Translations under genes and position numbers: made by a program | Shown here: in pieces, positions 51,702 to 60,913 of the stretch | Layout of the letters: each line of letters opens with the position of its first letter | Position numbering within the stretch: the first letter of the stretch is position 1 | The notes under the pieces: model-generated | What the model was told of the DNA's origin: nothing | Databases searched by the model: none | The model's input: only the letters and a program-made list of their open reading frames with translations | NCBI GenBank assembly: GCA_000934665.2 | Contig: KZ538575.1 | Location: 1-60,913 of the forward strand | Direction of reading: 5' to 3' | Length of the DNA stretch: 60,913 nt | Origin: Catajapyx aquilonaris | Lineage: Eukaryota

Positions 51702-54700
51702 AATGGTTGAAGGCACGCCACTTCAACAGAAATGATACAGAAGTTGTCCTCACGAAAAGTAAGGGGCCGGAAGGCTTGATGGGGAGGGTGTGGGGAGAGT
51801 TAGGGAAGGGTGATGACGCCCACGTACAGCACGCGTCGTTGTTGATTGGAAAATTCGTGCATGGTAAAAGGCTAGTCGTAACCATCGGGTTTAACGCGAA
51901 TGCCAGGTTTTTAGCCTAATCCACGCCGTATCTAGACAGGTTTGTATAATCGATTTGTAGTACAGGGTGAGTCAACCAGTTCAGGTTGATACGTATATTG
52001 ACTCGCAGGCAATGGTTCCAATAATTACTGTTTTTTGGGGGGAATTATTGCTGGGGGAGGTGGTGTGAAGAAAAAGCAAATTAGGCACAAAATGTACCAT
52101 CCGTATGTTCGGCGTGTTTTTTCAACTTTTATGGACAGATGCTATGGGCAGACATGTAGGTGGAACGAATCTAGGTTTTGTTAGTTGTTCTGCAGGTGAC
52201 TGAAACTAATATGTAATAACCACGTGATCACTGTATATTAAAAGTTTTTAATACTGAATAATTAGTGGGCCTCACTCAAGTCGACAGTAGTTGTAGATGA
52301 ACTAGATTTTGACAGTATTGAACAACATATTCCGTCTCATCCGGTACCTACTGTACCTGCACAGGACTTTGCAATAACTTAATAGTCATCCCACGATTCT
52401 CACCAGAAACTACATCCCAATGTTGACGTTAGTTGGAAAGTAGTGACGCAGGAGCTGGATTAGAGGAGAGGGAAAATTTGTTATGGATCGCATAGTTATC
52501 TTGATGATCACGTAGTCTTGCACTGTGGACTTTGCATCGGAAACAAGGAGGATTACCGTACTTACAGTAACCAAGACAGGTTTTCGCTCAACCTGGGAAT
52601 TATCAGTGCAATAACCTACGCCCAGATTTTATTTCTAGTCGAAGTAGGGTTTGTGACGACACGTTTGCAAAGCATTGAACAAGGAAACAGGAGAGAAAAT
52701 TATATTAATATTAGTGTACAAAGTCAAAAGAGGAAATAGAAGTACTTGGTATTAGTTGAAATATTGCTGCTTAGAATTTTCAGGCACGTTGTTGATGATA
52801 GACTTAGCTTCAAGAAGCTATTTCCATAATAATTAGTGGAGTTGTAAAGTTTAGAAATCGCTCTGCAAACTACTCGTTCTAAGTGGCCTCTTGTAAGCTT
52901 ATTGTATAACTCTTCTCTGCCACTTACATTTTCAAGAGTACTATATACGAAGAGATTTGATGTGTTAACACCTCCATTACTGTAAACTGAACCATCTATA
53001 AGGCATCACCCATATAAATATATATTTTACTAAATTATTGAAAATATTTATTGGTGAAAGCAAGTTAAAGTAGAAAAATGATATCAGTGATCTCTGGCGT
53101 GTATCGACCAAAATACAGTGCAGACCTTTGTTTGTTGCAGTATAAACTTTATACAAGCAGACACAACTAATTTGGTTTTAAAATACTGTATTTCGCTGCA
53201 CAGCACTTTAGCCTACCACTAGGCTACTGCACGGAACTTGACAGTCTGATTCACCCTGATATTTCCACATAAAATTAATAAAAAACGCATTGCCACGCCG
53301 CAGGCTACGAAAGAATAATTAATCGCCACACCTTGGCAATAACATATGTATTGTACCTGGTGCCCAATGCATGTAAAATGCGACTTTCGTACTTAATAAT
53401 TAACCGATCACGCATCCGATACAGTACACTGTACCGCGAACATTGACCTATCATACCTGTCAAGTTATGTCGTTCAAATGAACAAGACACACAATTTCAG
53501 AATCACCAAGCTGTTGGCATGTGCAGATGTGAAATGTAAAACCGCTCCAAAATTTTAAAAAAAACCTAGTCTAGCGCGAGATAGAGCTATAGATCGTTAT
53601 GTGATGGTGCCAACGGCCAGGGGTTTTAATGTGCGGTTGCCATGTGTACCAATTACACCACAGTGTCTTTTTGCGCACGTAATCGTTAATGCAGCCACTG
53701 CAGCGAACAGAGCCGGTGGAAGAGCTACAATAATGATGATTTACGATGAATTTCGCTGACGTTTTGTTCCCCGAGAATGCCAGCAAGTATAACGCTTCCA
53801 GGTTGGCTTCGCAGGTACCGACTTCTATCCTGGACAACTCATTCGATTTTGGTTGAACAAGGCGAGCTCCTTTTTTTAAAAGGGGGGGGGGNNNNNNNNG
53901 GGTACCACTTAACGGGAGGTACGACGTCGAAAATATCGAGGCCGCGCCTTTTGACTGGGCATGTGAGCACGCAACCCGCCTTCTAGCCAGTGCAAGACCA
54001 CAACATGTGACATGTGCTGCACGAATTCTTGAAGAAAAAGGGGGGACCCCACTAGTCAGATAATGCACAGCAATGTTCGAAGCGCAACGTGTCATTTGGG
54101 GCCCTCGATGGACCTTCCCTTTTTCCGATTCCGGATGTGTAATCAATGTGTCGTTGGATTCGTAATGCTATGTTATCGCCCTCCGAGGCTCTTTTGTGGA
54201 GTTGCTACACTTCCATGTATTATATGGTCATTGCTTGTCTGCGGTTGTAACCTACATTGTGGCAGAGGGCAATGTTTTTATGGTCTACTTTTTTTTTGCT
54301 TGCGATAGAAATATTGGCATCTTGGTGCTTACGCGTGTTGACTGCTTTGTGAAAGTATGACCCCGTTTGTGTCGCGATGCAGAAATGTGCATGTTTATGG
54401 TCTGAAGTGCATGATGGTCAGATAAACTGGTATGCGTCACGTTATGCACCTCATGTGATAACCTGTAATTATTTTACACTTGAACGTTTGCTCAACAACG
54501 TTGCTTTTTAATAGGATCTGAAAAATTATACATCGTCATTTTTGTCACAGAAAATCGACAAAGAGAATATAGCAAAACTTTGTACCACCCAATCTTTCAC
54601 GACCTGCTTAACCTCTTCACTGTGCATAATCAATCAGTGTGTGGAACATCCCTGGGGTATATTAAGTAATTATAAACATAACCTCGATTAAGGCTACACA

Positions 54701-54846
54701 CAATATTACTACCCTAGTTGCATCCATGTTCCATCAGTGCGAGTGAACCATTACAAATTTAGCACTCGGTATAACAAAGGCGGTGATTAACAATAATCTG
54801 CAAATCAGCCACGCACTAACATTAGGGAATTAGTACTGTTGGGATA

Positions 54847-54847
<1 letters not shown>

Positions 54848-54907
<60 letters not shown>
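54848..54907. repeat. (TAT)n microsatellite
   Basis: Direct reading; source of the poly-Ile ORF. Confidence 0.97.
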
Positions 54908-54908
<1 letters not shown>

Positions 54909-57337
54909 GGGCGATTTGGATATGGGGGGGCAGAAAATTGGCGCATTGGAGTGGTATGAATTGAGGGAGCGGGACCGTGATTGGCGTATTAGACGCCGCA
55001 GGTGGCCCCGAGGCAAACAAGGGGGTCGGACGGGGAGGCCTCGCCATGTCTGATGAAATTAGTTTCCAGATCGATTTGCCGCCTACTCTCGTTAAGGTTA
55101 GGGGGAGAAGTGTGATTCTCTGCTGGGCTGCTTAATACGGCCAGCCGCAACTAAAATACGGTCATGTTTTTTTCTTCCCACGCCCCCCCTATAGCCCAAG
55201 CCTTCCGCTTCCGAAGCCTGTTCCCACCGAAAGAAAGCGCAAGGCCCCAAAATCTATTCCTGGGTGGGAACCAGGTCGTAATGCTAATGTGCGAGGTGGC
55301 GTTATACCTTATGTTCATGGTCTTCGTATAATTGCGGAGAACCCAATTGCAATGGAGCACGAAGTGTGCTACCCAGATCATAGCGTGTTAATCATGCCTT
55401 GCACTTCTGTCATCCTCATTACCGATAATTGGGTTTGAAAACATGAAGCATAATGTGAGTTTCTATTAATTTTTGATGGCAGGAGTGTAACCAGCGAAGA
55501 TTTTTTTCTACTGTAGTTTGCTCATGACTTTCATTGTTCAGATGGACCAGCATGATCTATAGCGACTATAGTATATTTTGCACCTGCAGTAACTCTGTAG
55601 GTAACTCATAATCTAGGCAATTTTCAGTGCGGTTCGGGTACAAAAAACAGCTTGGCAGGATATAGAGACGCGAATAGTGGAAGCCTATCATTAGTTCTTG
55701 TCATGCTTATGTGAAATTTCTTTGGCGGCTGCTCACGCGGCAGAGAAGCTGAAAAACAACGGGACGGTAACTGGAAGCCGAATCGACGCGAGAGATAAAT
55801 AACTGCAGCGATGATAAATCAAACTTCTCCAGAGCGACAATGAGTTATGTTTCCTATGGTCCGAACCAGTTTAAGCGTCGGAAGGAACCCTCTAAAGACT
55901 CCACTAGATATTGGCGCTGTCTTGTGTGATTTTGAAATGTTTATGACCAGTCCATCCAAAGGTGCGAAAGGCTCCAGGAGCGAATGCCAATGATGAATTG
56001 TTAGGTGTGTACATGCGTGTGGTTGAGGACCTACTAGGTCCAAGAGTTAGGTATGGAGCAAAATAATAGTCTGGGATGGAGTGAACTCTCCGAGTGTATT
56101 CCCTACCGCATAGTTTGTCAAAAGTTTTCCACAAATTCCGCCCCGGGTTGATCATTTTCATTCTTTTTCTTTTGGGCAGGGAGCACAATACCAGAGGGTA
56201 TGATAAAAAGCCAGTGCCGTTAACTCTTCAAAGCGGGATTATTGAATTCCAAAGTTTGAGTGCAAGGCCTGCCTGCCTGCCGTCGGATGCCCCCAGCCAA
56301 AATGCAGAACTTTGTGCATTATGCGAATTGTTGCTTTGGGAAGGAGCTTAACGAAGCATTGGTCCTGGGCAAATGGGGGAGAAAAATGAAGTTTGTCTTA
56401 CTTGCATTGTAGTGGAAGAGCCCCTATCCGGAGCCTAATGGCTAATATGATGAAACGGTGGAGTGTACGTGAGACGAGATGAAGAGCACTCCACTCGATG
56501 AATTACACGTTGCGTCCGGTCATCAAATTTCCTTCAGGATCCTGCCAGCCTTCCGCCCCAACACGCCTTTTCAACCCTTAAAAAGAGGGATCGAAGTGGG
56601 GTGGGGGAGGGTGTGGAGGAGAGGGAGTCCAGAAAACCCTTTTGTTTACGTGTCAGCATTGTTGCAGTCCTCCAGCCGTCTCGCCTGGAAGCAAAAGCAA
56701 ATTAGTGTGCTGATCCGAGACGCAATAAATGTCCGTACTGGCTAATTAGAACCCGCCTGATGACAAAGATCAGTATGGCAGCTCGATATTAAATGCTGAT
56801 GAAAGTCTTGTGGATGCGCAGCAAGATGAACGCATCCGGGGGTTTTCCGTCATTATTGCCCAGAGCTCAAACAAGGGGAACCAATTTATATTTAAACGAG
56901 GACTCGCATTGTTCCCCGGCGTCTCCTTCGCTGTAATTAAATCGTTCAAATTGTTGACAACCAGACGTCTCTTGCGGCCTATGTTGGATGTCTGAAAAAT
57001 AATCTGAGGGCCAAACAAAAGAGAGCCTGGATTATATACCACGCCTCATTGCGCTGTTTCTTGGACATTTACAGTTGCAGTTGCGTGTAGTCATATCGCA
57101 AAGTAGGTGCATGCAAAATGTTGACGTTCCCGTCACGTAGTATTATTCGACTGGTTGGATAATAACTAGTGTACACACCAACAAAACCTTAGTCAGGCTA
57201 TATTGCACGTATGGTGTGAAGGTTTGAAGCCATGAGTGATCAAGATTGTGCGCAAAATGGGGCTGAGTAGCATATGCAGTTGTACGGTATTCAAAACGTA
57301 ATTGCATTGATCATTTGCCAAAAAAAGTATGTAGTTT

Positions 57338-57369
57338 TCCGGTCGAGTCTATTAAACGGAGTTGACAGT
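57338..57369 (-). mobile_element. Solo pogo/Tigger-like terminal fragment (second copy at 368-384)
   Basis: The 17-mer TATTAAACGGAGTTGAC occurs exactly at 368-384 and 57350-57366; its reverse complement GTCAACTCCGTTTAATA resembles pogo/Tigger TIRs. Confidence 0.45.
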
Positions 57370-59639
57370 CCGATGCAAATACCTGGTATATGCTCTAATT
57401 CGTAATGCAATTAAGTGGATTCTACTATGAATGCCTACATGCAGGTCGGATGGGAATGCACTAGTAGCCACATACAAAGCCACATAACAAATGCATTGAT
57501 AAATACCAGGCAACATTACAATGGGTGGCGGGTACCACCTGTAACTTTCTAACTGCTGGGATTCGGAATGTCTGTCTAGTCATACTGCAAATGGAGATGT
57601 TAATTGAAAGCACGGCTGGCTCCAGTTATTAAACAGAAAGTGGATTAACTGCACCTGGTGGTAGGACTGAGAGTAAACTTTTTTTATGAAACGTACTGTA
57701 CCTAAGTTATGAGTTCCCATCAGCCGGAAATCTGCAAGGCTGAGGCTCCCAATGGTGAATATCATTTGCAAGATTGCGATTTGGTTTCGAATAGTGTAGA
57801 AACCTGAAATCCTCTACGGAAACATAGCAAGGTTTAAAGCACCCCAAGCTTCCAAGCCCCGTGGCAACTTTACGATCCTACACGCCATATCATACATTAC
57901 CTGATTATTGATATTCCATTCCAATGATACTTCACCCTGGAGGCACAGATTTTTTTATTGCTAATGCACATAGCCTGAAGGTGTATAACGATTTTCTTGT
58001 TTGCCATACATTTAGGTATGGAGTCATGAATTTGCAGCATAATATGTTTCAACACACGTGTTCATTTCGTGAGGCAAAGTGCTGACTCGTGCACGGATTG
58101 CTGCCTAATTGAGACAAATTAATACTCGCACCTGTCTCTACACGTTGATGGATGACACTCTTCTGTTGGGTTTTCAAATGTTACTCTTTTGAACCCCAGA
58201 GCAATGACGTGAACGTAGCGAATGATTTGTATCGTAACACGAATTGCCAGGGAGTGTGTCAAACCTTTGATTCTAATAAGCGAAATACTTGTTGCAGGTT
58301 TTTCAGTTGGGCAGAAGTTAGCCTCCAATGGTGGGATGCATAGTCAATTATGCGAATAACATGGATCAACCACTTGTTGTGAATTTTCTATAGATCACAC
58401 AATCGGCCCTAAATGGCTCATAAAAATAAAGAACTCTATTTCAAACCACGTCTGTCCCTTAGTGTTAATTGTGGTTTCCATTTTTCTTCCAATAGCCTCT
58501 GATATCTGATCACAGCCTGAGTTATATTCTAATTTAAGCCTTGTTCGTCTGTTCCTGGAACTGTTAGCACTGTTTTAATTTATTGCAGACCGACGCACGA
58601 AAAAGGCGATGTAAAAAGAGACAAAATTTATTGCCAATCCCGAATTACATAATCCGGCAGGTCGGCCAAGATAACTAGAGCTGTTTAAAAGGCACAAAAA
58701 TCTAGACTGGTGTGGATTAGAACAAGGAGCAGGGTTGGGGGAAATGAACCCCGTTCATTATTCATGTTTATAAAAATGTCTTCATAGCCTCCAACGAACG
58801 AGCGTAATGCCTCCATAGATCTTGACTAAACTCCGACACTTCCATTTTCGTTGGGGGGGCCAACGGCTGGGTCGAGTTCAAATTAACTATTTAACCAAGC
58901 GGGCTTGCGGTGCCTAATCACGAGTAAATCCGCTCCATGCTCTTTATCCACTTTCCTAGCAGACTTTCTTCACCGTCAACTCGACTCCTTACAACTTGGG
59001 CGAAGAAGGCGCAACGACTCTCAACTTTCTTAGTGAGTCTGAGCCAACTCGCACTTTTTTATGGCGATATCAATGAGAACGGAGTAACAAGGATGAAAAC
59101 TTTGGACATACATTGTCGGTAGGTTTTTTTTTCTGATGACGTTTTTTGGGGGGTTGGATTATGGTCACTCAATTTTGGTTAGTTTAATTGCTGGCTAGGC
59201 AGCCAGATAATTTTGGCTGGTGTTAATGAGACTTTTTATATGCTAATGAGAGAAATTCGTGTGAACTTTGCTGTTATGTTTTGAGGACTGTTTTTTTAGT
59301 GCGCACCCTGATGTGGCGGCATGGTGCACAAAATAGGAACGAAATTTATAAATTTGATAATGTTAATTGCACTTTCACCTGCTGAAAACCCAATTAAATC
59401 GTCGCTTTTAACTGTAAGAGTCAGTTATGTGAACATCTATTAAATATGGTTATGGTGTTTATGTGTAAATAACAGCTAACTTTGTAGTTATGAGTTCATA
59501 ACTGTAGTCCTAATAAGGGCTATTCAGCAAGGAGTATATGATAAAAATAAATGAATATAACCATCCCTAAGTACTTGTATAAGCTACTATATAATATTAC
59601 AATTTCATTGAACGAACCACAAAATAAATCGGAAGGTTC

Positions 59640-59918
59640 TCCTGCCAAACATTTGGTTGAAGTAACCAAATTAGTTTGGTTGTCGTTAGTACAAATATTT
59701 GGTTGATGCAACCAACTTTTTGGATGCCCAATAATATTTTGGTTTTGATAACTAACGATTTGGTTGAACCAATGACACATCAGTCAACCAAAACGTTTTG
59801 GTTAGTTCAAGGCAACCAAAATATTGGTTTAAATAATCTAATTTCTCCCAATCAGTTTTGGTTACATCAACCCCTACAGTAGTGACTCTCCTTCCTATAC
59901 TTTTTCTGTATCAACCAA
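59640..59918. mobile_element. Degenerate DNA-transposon remnant with dense TTGGTT/AACCAA subterminal repeats
   Basis: More than 10 copies of TTGGTT or AACCAA in both orientations within ~280 bp, typical of CMC-type subterminal arrays; termini not resolved. Confidence 0.5.
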
Positions 59919-60913
59919 TACCCATATACCCGTACAGTACTCCATCGATTGACCTGTAGCAAATAATTATGGATAAAATAAATCTGTCAGTTAAGCTATA
60001 AACGGATACGACACTATCGGTCATCTGCAGAGTCGTCGCAATATTGCACATGACTCCACTTTACGCGTCTACTTCAGAATTTCAGGCTGAATTATGGTTG
60101 CGCGTCATTAATTAAAATGAATGCATAATTAATGACAGGGTTTAGGTAGGAGCTGGGTTGAGGGCGGACCTCTGGTACTGTAACACACGTGCCCAGGAAA
60201 GGCAGTTCGTGAAATACGAGTCAATACTAGTGCAGTAATTACAGAGGGGGGTTTGCAGGTGGCCTCTAGAGTGAGTGAGTGGTTTTGCCTCAATGCCTCT
60301 TCTTGGAGTAAAAACCCTCTTATTTTTTTTCAATTCCAAGCTAGTGCCTCCTTACTTATCTATACAATGTGGGTAAAAAAAGAACGTTATATAGGTCTCC
60401 CCATTATTGAAACCTGTCGTGAGTATAGGTTAGGCAAGGAACACCGGATCATCACGAATCGGATCCGCCCATCTGTGCCGAGGGATTCATGCAGTAATGT
60501 TGTCGATGATTAGTGAGTGTGTAGACTGAATGGGTGGCTTCATTCAAAATAAATTGGGCATACGTGGCTCGCACTTGTTCGATTCCCTCGGCAATCGTTT
60601 TTTTGAGGGGAACTGTTCTGGTGGCCGTTTCCAAAATGAGCGAGTGATTCATAATCAATTGCGGGAGGGGTGTTTCTCTTCTCAGCTGGGGAGAGGTGCT
60701 GCCGTAACTGGTCCCCGCGGTGGGCCATTCAAAATAATGGAACGAGTGTCTCCTACATGGCGCCATTTTTAAAAGAACCTGATGGAGGACCAGCTTTTCT
60801 TGGTCATTGTTAGTCTTTTTTTTATCCCAACCCGGGCTATAAATTCGGCACAACTTTACAGGGACAAAGTTTAAGCAGCCTGCACAAAGAAGACTCTTAG
60901 GTCGATTGCCCAT

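Noticed and set aside
51472..51919. ORFs with RERERE/SLSLSL tracts (also 43574-43928, and poly-Ile at 54805-55047)
   Set aside because: Artefacts of (GA)n and (TAT)n microsatellites.
59640..59918. CRISPR-like repeat array
   Set aside because: Repeats are 6-8 bp, in both orientations and irregularly spaced, in a eukaryotic context with no cas genes.
60452..60913. 153-aa minus-strand ORF starting exactly at the window edge
   Set aside because: No recognisable domain or coding-like composition; the ATG at the edge is probably coincidental. It cannot be excluded without flanking sequence.

Overview
Animal (invertebrate-like, possibly arthropod) genomic DNA that appears to be entirely intronic or intergenic. 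I find no credible intact protein-coding gene, rRNA, tRNA gene or CRISPR array. The ORF track consists of short, overlapping, non-homologous ORFs, several produced by microsatellites. The supportable content is: (i) four full-length tRNA-derived SINEs with target-site duplications (TSDs) plus one remnant; (ii) a diverse set of non-autonomous DNA transposons or MITEs (hAT/P-like with 8-bp TSD, Tc1/mariner and pogo-like with TA TSD, a TTAA-flanked element, AT/ATAT-flanked elements, a Harbinger-like end, a Helentron/DINE-like element); (iii) microsatellites and N gaps at G/C homopolymers; (iv) TE-poor, CpG- and TAAT-rich blocks that may be cis-regulatory. The most striking unexplained signal is a window-wide excess of short TA-bounded motifs (TACAGTA/TACTGTA, TACCGTA/TACGGTA, TAGGCCTA, TACCGGTA), often chained. 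One case is visibly an insertion when two arms of an inverted repeat are compared, which fits accumulated transposon excision scars. Other points of note are a covarying RNA stem shared by two diverged SINEs, modular tail sharing among SINEs, and a mariner MITE built from two inverted 3' ends. All family assignments come from terminal motifs and TSDs read by eye, without database searches.
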